NCBI GenBank assembly: GCA_021735045.1
Contig: JAIPHU010000012.1
Coordinates: 1-32,000 of the forward strand
DNA length: 32,000 nucleotides
DNA from: Candidatus Omnitrophota bacterium
GTDB lineage: Bacteria; Omnitrophota; Gorgyraeia; Duberdicusellales; 4484-171
Reading direction: 5' to 3'
Part shown: in pieces, positions 1 to 7,041 of the stretch
Numbering within the stretch: the stretch's first letter is position 1
How the letters are laid out: the number at the start of each line of letters is the position of its first letter
Notes under the pieces: model-generated
Databases searched by the model: none
Seen by the model: only the letters and a program-made list of their open reading frames with translations
What the model was told of the DNA's origin: nothing
Position numbers and translations under genes: made by a program

Positions 1-1
1 A

Positions 2-151
2 GAGTCTCAAGAAAAGATTGAAATTTTATTAAAAAAAATTAATGAAGAAGATAAAACAACTATTGTTTTAGTAACTCACAATGTTCAATTAGCAGAAAGT
101 GCTAAACGCATAATGTTTATTGAAGCTGGAAGATTAAAGGAGGTAAGATGA
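2..151 (+). CDS. C-terminal fragment of an ABC-transporter ATP-binding protein (5' end lies outside the window)
   Basis: The frame is open from the window edge and translates to ...TIVLVTHNVQLAESAKRIMFIEAGRLKEVR*, which carries the H-loop (VTH) and C-terminal pattern of ABC ATPases. Its TGA stop overlaps the ilvE ATG (ATGA at 148-151). Confidence 0.55.
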   Translation, partial: ESQEKIEILLKKINEEDKTTIVLVTHNVQLAESAKRIMFIEAGRLKEVR

Positions 152-1023
152 AAATATATCTTAACGGGGAGTTAGTGGATAAATCTAAGGCAAAGGTTTC
201 GGTATTTGACCATGGCTATCTCTATGGCGATGGTGTTTTTGAAGGGATTCGTTCTTACAATAAATTGGTTTTTAAGCTAAAAGAACATATAGACCGCCTT
301 TATGAGTCGGCTCACTCGATAATGATTGATATTCCTTTAACTAAAAATCAGATGGAGGAAGCGATAATAAGAACGATTAAAGCAAATAAGTTAAAAGATG
401 CTTATATTAGAGTTATTGTATCTAGGGGTGAAGGTGATCTGGGGCTCGATCCAAGAAAATGTAAAGGTAACCATACTATAGTTATTATTGCAGATAAAAT
501 ATCACTTTTTCCTAATAAGCTTTATAAAGAAGGGATGGAGATTATAACTGTTCCTACAGTAAGAAATTTATGTGAGGCGGTAAATCCTCAAATCAAATCT
601 TTAAACTACCTAAACAATGTTTTAGCCAAGGTTGAAGCGATAAATTCAGGGCATCAGGAAGGTTTGATGTTAGATCATCTTGGCTATGTTGCTGAGTGTA
701 CAGGTGAGAATATATTTGTAGTAAAACAAGGGGAGTTATTTACTCCGCCTCAATGTATGGGCACCTTACGTGGGATAACCAGAGATACTGTTTTAGATAT
801 CTCTAAAAAATTAAAGATTCCTGCTCATGAACATGTTTTGACTAGGCATGAGTTTTATATTAGTGATGAATCATTTTTGACGGGAACTGCTGCAGAGATT
901 GTACCGGTAGTAAGAGTTGACGGAAGAAAGATAGGCACGGGTAGACCAGGTAAAATAACCAAGAGAATAATGGAAGAGTTTCAAAAAATAACTAAAACCG
1001 ACGGGGTTAAATACAAGATATAG
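148..1023 (+). CDS. ilvE: Branched-chain amino acid aminotransferase (PLP fold type IV)
   Basis: 291-aa ORF. The blocks VSVFDHGYLYGDGVFEGIR, YIRVIVSRGEGDLGLDP, GENIF and LTGTAAEI are typical of class IV aminotransferases. AAGGAGG lies 4 nt upstream of the ATG. Confidence 0.85.
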   Translation: MKIYLNGELVDKSKAKVSVFDHGYLYGDGVFEGIRSYNKLVFKLKEHIDRLYESAHSIMIDIPLTKNQMEEAIIRTIKANKLKDAYIRVIVSRGEGDLGLDPRKCKGNHTIVIIADKISLFPNKLYKEGMEIITVPTVRNLCEAVNPQIKSLNYLNNVLAKVEAINSGHQEGLMLDHLGYVAECTGENIFVVKQGELFTPPQCMGTLRGITRDTVLDISKKLKIPAHEHVLTRHEFYISDESFLTGTAAEIVPVVRVDGRKIGTGRPGKITKRIMEEFQKITKTDGVKYKI

Positions 1024-1043
1024 CTGTTACAATTAACTCTATC

Positions 1044-1072
1044 TTGTTTTTAGCTAGAGATTTGGGTATAAT
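1044..1072 (+). promoter_or_regulatory. Candidate sigma70-type promoter TTGTTT-N17-TATAAT
   Basis: TTGTTT is at 1044-1049 and a perfect TATAAT at 1067-1072, separated by a 17-nt spacer. It sits between the ilvE stop and the tandem repeat array. Identified by pattern match only. Confidence 0.4.
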
Positions 1073-1124
1073 TAAGAAGTTAAAAAAATAAAGGTATTCG
1101 CTAAATAATTGCATTAGGTATAAA

Positions 1125-1155
1125 GGCACTGCGCTAAAGGATTCGGCTTAGTGCC
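1125..1155 (+). repeat. Hairpin A, degenerate copy (GGCACT...AGTGCC outer stem, inner stem disrupted)
   Basis: Sequence ggcactgcgctaaaggattcggcttagtgcc. The 6-bp outer stem is intact. The inner helix is weakened relative to the copy at 1200-1230. Confidence 0.7.
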
Positions 1156-1199
1156 ATTAAAAATAAAGGTATTCGCTAAATAATTGCATTAGGTATAAA

Positions 1200-1230
1200 G
1201 GCACTGCGCCGAGTAATTCGGCTTAGTGCC
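1200..1230 (+). repeat. Hairpin A: GGCACT-gc-GCCGA-gtaat-TCGGC-tt-AGTGCC
   Basis: It has a 6-bp outer stem, a 2x2 internal loop, a 5-bp inner stem and a 5-nt loop. It matches 21585-21615 at 29 of 31 positions. Confidence 0.8.
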
Positions 1231-1273
1231 ATTAAAAATAAAGGTATTCGCTAAATAATTGCATTTTTAATGG
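1229..1273 (+). promoter_or_regulatory. Hairpin B: 11-bp perfect inverted repeat (CCATTAAAAAT / ATTTTTAATGG) around a conserved 23-nt loop
   Basis: The arms are 1229-1239 and 1263-1273. The loop contains CTAAATAATTGC, a -10-like motif. The 3' arm covers the upstream ATG (1270) and the first G residues of the GGGAGG ribosome-binding site. A structural counterpart lies at 21614-21658. Confidence 0.6.
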
Positions 1274-1281
1274 GAGGTCAG

Positions 1282-3723
1282 ATGTTTAATCGATTTACTG
1301 AAAGAGCTAGAAAAGTATTAGTTTTAGCTAAAGAGGAAGCAAGGAGATTTAATCATGACTATATTGGCACAGAGCATATTCTCCTCGGTTTAATCCGAGA
1401 AGGTGAAGGTGTTGCTTGTGCTGTTTTACAAAATATTGGGATGGATTTGGGTCGCCTGAGGGCTGAAATAGAAAAGTTGATGTCACCGGGTAGTTCAGCT
1501 TCTGTTTTAGGAGATATTCCTTTTACGCCTCGTGCCAAAAAAGCTTTAGAACTTGCTACTGAGGAAGCACGTAGTCTAGGGCATAACTATATTGGTACAG
1601 AGCATATTTTGTTGGGATTACTGCGAGAAGAAGAAGGAATTGCTTCTCAAGTTCTTTTTTCTTTAGGGGTAGATATTAAAAAAGCAAGAGGTGAGATTAC
1701 TGCTCTGTTGGGGGGTTCTTCCGGCCCAGCTCATGCACAGACAAAAAGAAGTTCTTCGAAAACTCCGGCTTTAGACTCTTTTGGCAGAGATCTTACTAAG
1801 TTACAAAAAGAAGGAGAGCTTGATCCAGTTATTGGGCGTAACGCTGAGATTGAGAGAGTTATACAAGTTTTATCGCGCCGGACTAAAAATAATCCGGTGT
1901 TATTAGGAGAAGCAGGGGTAGGAAAAACTGCAATAGTTGAAGGCCTAGCACAAAATGTAGTTAAAGGGGCTGTTCCTGAGATTTTGCGTAATAAAAGAAT
2001 AGTTGTGCTTGATTTAGCTTTAATGATTGCTGGAACAAAATATAGAGGCCAGTTTGAAGAAAGAATAAAAGCAGTGATGGAGGAGATTAAACGCTCCAAA
2101 GATGTGATTATTTTTGTTGATGAACTTCATACTTTAGTTGGAGCTGGTGCTGCCGAAGGTGCCATTGATGCATCAAATATTTTAAAGCCAGCTTTATCGA
2201 GAGGAGAAATTCAATGTATTGGAGCGACAACTCTTGATGAGTATCGAAAACATATTGAAAAAGATGCAGCTCTTGAGAGACGTTTTCAGATGATCTTTGT
2301 TGAGCCTAATACTGTTTCAGAAACTATTCAGATTTTAACAGGCCTACGTGATAAATATGAAGCACACCATCGGGTTAAATTTACTGATGAATCTCTTGAG
2401 GCAGCTGCTAAATTTTCAGACCGTTATATTTCAGGAAGATTTTTGCCGGATAAAGCTATTGACCTAATTGATGAAGCTGGAGCTAGATCCAGACTAGCAA
2501 TACTTACAGCGCCGGATGGGGTAAAGAATCTAGAAGAAAAGATTTCTGAGATAGTCAGGGAAAAAGAAGCTTTTATCAGGCAGCAGGATTTTGAGCAGGC
2601 AGCGAGGCTTCGTGATGAGGAGAAAAAGCTTCGTTTTGAGCTTGAAAGTACAAGAAAAGAATGGAGTAAAAAAAGAGATAAGATCTCGCCAGAGGTAAAG
2701 ACTGAAGATATTGCCCAACTAGTTTCACAGGTAACCGGAGTACCCACTTATAGATTAGAGCAAAAAGAATCAGAGAAGTTGCTTAAGATGGAAGACACTT
2801 TGTCGAAAAAAGTCATTGGCCAACTAGAGGCTATCAAGGCGATCTCTCGAGCCGTAAGAAGAGCCCGGGCTGGAGTTAAAGAGCCGCGCCGACCGATTGG
2901 ATCTTTTCTCTTTCTGGGGCCAACTGGCGTAGGAAAAACTCTTTTAGCTAGAGCTTTAGCAGAGTTTATGTTTGGTAATGAAGATGCATTAATTCAGTTA
3001 GATATGAGTGAGTATATGGAGAAGTTTAATGTATCTAGACTAGTGGGAGCTCCTCCAGGCTATGTAGGTTATGAAGAAGGTGGCCAGTTAACAGAAAGAG
3101 TTAGGCGCAGGCCATACTCTGTAGTGTTATTAGATGAAATAGAAAAAGCTCATCCTGATGTATATAATCTTTTGCTGCAAATTTTAGAAGAAGGACGGCT
3201 TACTGATAGTTACGGGCGTTCGGTAGATTTTAGAAATGTGATTTTAATTATGACTTCTAATGTTGGAGCAAATATTATTCGTCAAAAAGGGTCGCTAGGA
3301 TTTAAAGCTAAACATAAAGATATAGATTACCAAGAGATGAAATCTGCTTTGTTAGATGAAGTTAAAAAGAAGTTTAAACCCGAGTTTTTGAATCGGTTAG
3401 ATGAGACCACTGTGTTTAAATCTTTAGATAAAAAATCTTTAGAAAAAATAGTTGAAATTGAGATTGGTTATGTAAATGAACGTCTTACTGAACAGGGGTT
3501 TATTGTAAAGCTTAGCCCGCAAGCGAAAGAGTTTTTTATTGAAAAAGGGTTTGATCCTAGTTATGGGGCGCGACCTTTAAAAAGAGTTATCCAAAGATTT
3601 TTAGAGGATCCTTTGGCAGAAGATATAATTAAGGGGAGGTTTTCTGAGCGGATAAAAAAAGCAAAGGAAAGGCCAATTACTATAAAAGCATTAAAAAAAG
3701 GACAATCATTAAAGTTTGAATGA
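1282..3723 (+). CDS. clpC: ATP-dependent Clp protease ATP-binding subunit ClpC (class I Clp/Hsp100 AAA+ chaperone)
   Basis: It has two Clp_N repeats (FTERARKVL..., [12 protein letters not shown]...), a UVR-like linker ([14 protein letters not shown]) and two AAA+ modules with Walker A motifs GEAGVGKTA and GPTGVGKT. The canonical N-terminus MFNRFTERA starts at 1282, just after GGGAGG (1272-1277). The ORF-track start at 1270 is 4 codons upstream and seems less likely. Confidence 0.9.
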   Translation: MFNRFTERARKVLVLAKEEARRFNHDYIGTEHILLGLIREGEGVACAVLQNIGMDLGRLRAEIEKLMSPGSSASVLGDIPFTPRAKKALELATEEARSLGHNYIGTEHILLGLLREEEGIASQVLFSLGVDIKKARGEITALLGGSSGPAHAQTKRSSSKTPALDSFGRDLTKLQKEGELDPVIGRNAEIERVIQVLSRRTKNNPVLLGEAGVGKTAIVEGLAQNVVKGAVPEILRNKRIVVLDLALMIAGTKYRGQFEERIKAVMEEIKRSKDVIIFVDELHTLVGAGAAEGAIDASNILKPALSRGEIQCIGATTLDEYRKHIEKDAALERRFQMIFVEPNTVSETIQILTGLRDKYEAHHRVKFTDESLEAAAKFSDRYISGRFLPDKAIDLIDEAGARSRLAILTAPDGVKNLEEKISEIVREKEAFIRQQDFEQAARLRDEEKKLRFELESTRKEWSKKRDKISPEVKTEDIAQLVSQVTGVPTYRLEQKESEKLLKMEDTLSKKVIGQLEAIKAISRAVRRARAGVKEPRRPIGSFLFLGPTGVGKTLLARALAEFMFGNEDALIQLDMSEYMEKFNVSRLVGAPPGYVGYEEGGQLTERVRRRPYSVVLLDEIEKAHPDVYNLLLQILEEGRLTDSYGRSVDFRNVILIMTSNVGANIIRQKGSLGFKAKHKDIDYQEMKSALLDEVKKKFKPEFLNRLDETTVFKSLDKKSLEKIVEIEIGYVNERLTEQGFIVKLSPQAKEFFIEKGFDPSYGARPLKRVIQRFLEDPLAEDIIKGRFSERIKKAKERPITIKALKKGQSLKFE

Positions 3724-4589
3724 AAAATTTCTTAGTCTTTTTTTTGTTGTTTTTTTCTTTGTACTTTTTTAAAGAACCCAAGGCTTACTCCAACTATATC
3801 GAGATTAATTTAGAAGAAAAAAAGATTAAAATAGCTAATATAGCTCTAGATGATTACCAAATTTCCGGAGATATTAGCTATAAGTTTGATAAGAAAAACA
3901 AAGTGCCTGTATTTTTTCTTCAAGGCAAAGACTTAAAACTAGGTGATAAAAAAATAGATAATCTCTGGGTGCAAGTAACAAAAAGAGGGGATATTTTATT
4001 TGTTGATAAAGTTAAATCCTCTAAGTTTTTTGGAACAGGTACTATTGATTTTAAAGAAGAAAAGTTTCTTTTTAATTTTTCTAGAAATTGGCAAGAAGAT
4101 ACAAAATATTTAAAAGGAGATATAAAACTAAAAGTTAAAGTTTGGGGTGATTTTGATAGTTTTTTGGTAAGCGGTAACTTTGTAGTTGTCGACGGTGTAT
4201 ATGAAGGGGTTCGGTTTAGACGGCTTCGCTGCAGTTTTTTAGGGACACCTCCTGTGTTTAATGTTACCGACGCTGAGGTTCTTCTTTATGAAGGTAGTGT
4301 CTTTGAGTTAAAAGGAGAGTTAGACATAAGAGACCCTAAGAACTTTTTTCCTGGGGTAAAGTTTGTGTCTCAAAAATTATTTGTTGATGGTTGGAGAATT
4401 TTTGGTGCTCAAGAAGAAGTTGGACTAAAAAAGCAAATAGATGAAAAGTTTGATATTGAGATAGATACAGAAGAACAACAGCAGGCAGCTACAGAGCTCA
4501 GGTATGATTTAGAAAATGATAATTTTTTGAAGTTAAGAATGCAACAAGAACAAACAATTTTAGGAGTTGAGAAAAAGACGGAATTTTAA
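3720..4589 (+). CDS. Hypothetical exported or membrane-anchored protein, possibly a short AsmA/TamB-like protein
   Basis: 289-aa ORF with a hydrophobic N-terminus ([17 protein letters not shown]). Its start forms an ATGA overlap with the clpC stop, and it ends 2 nt before the mlaE ATG. The body is beta-rich with repetitive GD-I/V motifs. The C-terminus [30 protein letters not shown] resembles the end of TamB DUF490 domains, judged from memory rather than by alignment. Confidence 0.65.
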   Translation: MKNFLVFFLLFFSLYFFKEPKAYSNYIEINLEEKKIKIANIALDDYQISGDISYKFDKKNKVPVFFLQGKDLKLGDKKIDNLWVQVTKRGDILFVDKVKSSKFFGTGTIDFKEEKFLFNFSRNWQEDTKYLKGDIKLKVKVWGDFDSFLVSGNFVVVDGVYEGVRFRRLRCSFLGTPPVFNVTDAEVLLYEGSVFELKGELDIRDPKNFFPGVKFVSQKLFVDGWRIFGAQEEVGLKKQIDEKFDIEIDTEEQQQAATELRYDLENDNFLKLRMQQEQTILGVEKKTEF

Positions 4590-4591
4590 AG

Positions 4592-5350
4592 ATGTTTTTT
4601 TTAAAACAAATTGAAGACTTTTTTTGCTATGTGGGAAATATTATTTCTTTTATTAAAGAGATATTCTATTGGTTATTTACCAAAAAGCGTGACCTGAAAT
4701 CTTTAGGAAGAGAAATAATCTTTGTGGGCATTGATAGCTTTTTTTTAGTTTCTTTGATTGCTCTTTTTATCGGGATGATTATTGCTTTTCAAACTGCCTA
4801 TCAGCTTCAGCAGTTTAAGTCAGAAATCCATTTAGCTTCTTTGGTGGCTTTATCTTTAGTTAGAGAGCTTGGTCCGGTAATTGCGGCTTTGATTGTTGCC
4901 GCAAGAAGTGGAGCTTCTATTACAGCTGGTATTGGTTCAATGAAAATTAGCGAACAAGTTGATGCCCTAGAAGTTTTTGGGGTAGAACCTATCGATTATT
5001 TAGTTGTTCCTAAATTTATTGCCCTGGTAGTCTGTCTTCCTGTTTTAGTTATTTATGCAGATTTACTAGGGATATTTGGCGGGTATTTGGTTGGTTCATT
5101 AAAGTTTTCGATGCCTTTTGGTTTATATATGAGGATGACTATTGAATCTTTAGGTGTAATTGATATTGCAAATGGTTTGGTAAAAAGTTTATTCTTTGGC
5201 AGTATTATTGCTTTTGTTTGTTGTTTCGAAGGGTTTAGGCCTTTTTCTTCAATAGATGTGTCTAAAGTTGTAACTCGTTCAATAGTGCGTTCTTTTATCT
5301 TGATTATAGTTTTTGATTGTATATTAACAGCATTTTTTTATTTTATATAA
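4592..5350 (+). CDS. mlaE: Mla/Ttg2-type ABC transporter permease
   Basis: 252-aa multi-pass membrane protein containing the MlaE-type block LVRELGPVIAALIVAARSGASITAGIGSMKISEQVDALE. Confidence 0.85.
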   Translation: MFFLKQIEDFFCYVGNIISFIKEIFYWLFTKKRDLKSLGREIIFVGIDSFFLVSLIALFIGMIIAFQTAYQLQQFKSEIHLASLVALSLVRELGPVIAALIVAARSGASITAGIGSMKISEQVDALEVFGVEPIDYLVVPKFIALVVCLPVLVIYADLLGIFGGYLVGSLKFSMPFGLYMRMTIESLGVIDIANGLVKSLFFGSIIAFVCCFEGFRPFSSIDVSKVVTRSIVRSFILIIVFDCILTAFFYFI

Positions 5351-5357
5351 GAAAGAT

Positions 5358-6110
5358 ATGATTAAACTAAATAATGTTCAAAGGTCCTTTGGAGAAAAAA
5401 ATGTTCTCAAAGGAGTAAATTTAAATATAAACAAGGGTGAAACTTTTTTACTTATTGGGAGAAGCGGAGCCGGAAAAACAGTGTTGCTTAAAACTATTTT
5501 AGGGTTGCTTCGGCCTGACTCAGGAACGATTTCTATTGATAGCCAAGAGATTACCCAGTTGTCTAAGTCTAGGCTAGAAAAAATAAGGCTTAAATTTGGA
5601 TTGGTGTTTCAAAATAGTGCACTCTTTGATTTTTTGACTGTTTGGGAAAATGTAAGTTTTTTTCTAAAACAACATACAGATATGAGTAGAAAAGATATGC
5701 GTAAAAAAGTCAGCCAAACTCTTGCTTTAGTTGGTTTAGCTGATATAGAAGATATGTACCCTTATGAGTTAAGCGGGGGGATGCGTAAAAGAGTCGCTAT
5801 TGCTAGGGCAATTATTTATAATCCTAAAATTGTTATCTACGATGAACCCACAACTGGCATTGATCCTATTGCAGTAGATAAAATTGTTTCTTTGATAAAA
5901 GATTTACATAAGCGGCTTTCGGTTACTTCATTAGTTGTAACTCATGATTTAGAAACTGGTTTAAAAATAGCAGATCGGGTAGCTTTTTTATTAGGGGGAA
6001 AGATTATTTTTGAGGGTAAAAAAGAAGATGTGAAAAATACAAAAGATAAACGCCTACTTCAATTTATTCAAGGTGTTTCCGGAGGCCCGATAAAGGAGAT
6101 GGAAGTATAA
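5358..6110 (+). CDS. mlaF: Mla-type ABC transporter ATP-binding protein
   Basis: Walker A GRSGAGKT, signature LSGGMRKR, Walker B IVIYDEPTTGIDP and H-loop VTHD. It is adjacent to mlaE. Confidence 0.85.
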   Translation: MIKLNNVQRSFGEKNVLKGVNLNINKGETFLLIGRSGAGKTVLLKTILGLLRPDSGTISIDSQEITQLSKSRLEKIRLKFGLVFQNSALFDFLTVWENVSFFLKQHTDMSRKDMRKKVSQTLALVGLADIEDMYPYELSGGMRKRVAIARAIIYNPKIVIYDEPTTGIDPIAVDKIVSLIKDLHKRLSVTSLVVTHDLETGLKIADRVAFLLGGKIIFEGKKEDVKNTKDKRLLQFIQGVSGGPIKEMEV

Positions 6111-6115
6111 AATAT

Positions 6116-6238
6116 AAAATCCAAAATTAAAATGACAAATAACAAATTAATTCCAAATGTCAAATATCAAAATAATATTGTCTTAACATTTGGATTTTAT
6201 TATTGATTTGGTATTTGAAATTTGTTATTTGATATTAT
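6116..6238. repeat. Palindromic array of CAAAT words (left half) and ATTTG words (right half)
   Basis: Perfect complementary pairs are 6136-6148 with 6219-6231 (13 bp), 6152-6160 with 6186-6194 (9 bp), and 6116-6125 with 6190-6199 (10 bp, an alternative partner). Five (C)CAAA(T) words lie left of about 6178 and five ATTTG(G) words lie to the right. Confidence 0.75.
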
Positions 6239-6267
6239 CTAGAGTTTTAACAAAGGGAGGAAAATAA

Positions 6268-6966
6268 GTGAGTAAAAACATATGGGAAATAAAAAAAAGA
6301 CTTTCTTATATAAAGATAGGGATTTTTTTTCTGGTAGGATTATCTTTATTATTTATAGCTTTGGTTTCAATTAAAGATTTTAGTTTATTTAAACCAGGCT
6401 ATAAGATAAAAGTTGTTTTTGACTTTGCTGAGGGGATGAAGAGGGCTTCACCGGTACGTTTTTGTGGCGTAGATGTAGGAGAAGTTCAGGAAGTTATAGT
6501 TGTAAACGGCACAGATGGCCCCAAGGTTCAAGCTAAAGTTAATATTCAGCGAGAGGTAAAGTTACCTCAAGGTTCTTATTTTTTTATAAATAGTTTAAGT
6601 TTATTTGGAGAAAAGTATCTTGAAATTACACCACCGGATGAGTTTTCTGGATATATAAAAAAAGGAGAGACTGTCGAAGGGATATCTCCGGTGCCTTTAT
6701 TTAAACTATTTTCTAGTTTTAGTAAAACTATGAGTGAACTAAGAACTTTCATCAAAGAAGGTGAAATTAAAAAGTATTTAGAAAATAGTATTAAAAATTT
6801 AGAAGATATTACTCTAGAAGTAAAAGGAATAATGATGGATATAAGAGATAAAAAAGGAACGGTTGGAAAACTTTTATACGATGATTCTTTATATCGCCAA
6901 ACAGAGGAGTTTATATCAGATATAAAGAAAAATCCTTGGAAATTATTACATAAACCAAAAGACTAA
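6268..6966 (+). CDS. mlaD: MCE-domain protein, MlaD-like substrate-binding component
   Basis: A GTG start lies 7 nt after AGGGAGG. An N-terminal TM helix (IGIFFLVGLSLLFIALV) is followed by an MCE-like region (VRFCGVDVGEV..., FGEKYLEITP) and a C-terminal helical part. Confidence 0.8.
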   Translation: MSKNIWEIKKRLSYIKIGIFFLVGLSLLFIALVSIKDFSLFKPGYKIKVVFDFAEGMKRASPVRFCGVDVGEVQEVIVVNGTDGPKVQAKVNIQREVKLPQGSYFFINSLSLFGEKYLEITPPDEFSGYIKKGETVEGISPVPLFKLFSSFSKTMSELRTFIKEGEIKKYLENSIKNLEDITLEVKGIMMDIRDKKGTVGKLLYDDSLYRQTEEFISDIKKNPWKLLHKPKD

Positions 6967-6967
6967 T

Positions 6968-6995
6968 TAGCTCATAGCTCATAGCTCATAGCTCA
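6968..6995. repeat. Perfect heptamer microsatellite (TAGCTCA) x4
   Basis: Copies are at 6968-6974, 6975-6981, 6982-6988 and 6989-6995, starting 2 nt after the mlaD stop. A weaker 7-nt periodicity continues to about 7041. Confidence 0.9.
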
Positions 6996-7041
6996 TGGTT
7001 AATATTAGCTAAGAGCCATCAGCTATGAACCAAGAACCAAT

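Larger units (their letters stand above)
1081..1274. repeat. 75-bp tandem repeat, about 2.6 copies (units 1081-1155, 1156-1230, partial 1231-1274)
   Basis: Direct reading shows units 1 and 2 are identical except for the first 3 nt and 5 clustered substitutions inside the inner stem-loop of the embedded hairpin. The third unit is truncated where the clpC ribosome-binding site begins. Confidence 0.9.

Noticed and set aside
1125-1230. CIRCE (HrcA) or CtsR operator in front of clpC.
   Set aside because: CIRCE is TTAGCACTC-N9-GAGTGCTAA. Here the GGCACT/AGTGCC arms are separated by 19 nt and the flanks differ. There is no GGTCAAA-type direct repeat for CtsR. The same hairpin also precedes a tRNA gene.
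1125-1264. Sigma-54 promoter, suggested by the words GGCAC and TTGCA both occurring upstream of clpC and of tRNA-Gly.
   Set aside because: The -24/-12 elements need GGCAC-N5-TTGC spacing. Here TTGCA lies 12 nt before or about 55 nt after GGCAC, and the 5 nt after GGCAC on either strand are not followed by TTGC.
1081-1274. Possible CRISPR array, suggested by regularly spaced repeats containing a hairpin.
   Set aside because: The 75-bp units abut one another with no unique spacers between them. Units 1 and 2 are near-identical over their whole length, and no cas genes are present. This is a plain tandem repeat.
1731-2747. Antisense ORFs inside clpC (1731..2099, 2424..2747, 2530..2718, all on the minus strand).
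   Set aside because: They lie fully within a well-supported conserved gene and give low-complexity Ser/Phe/Leu-rich translations. They are shadow ORFs typical of the reverse frame of Lys/Glu-rich coding DNA.
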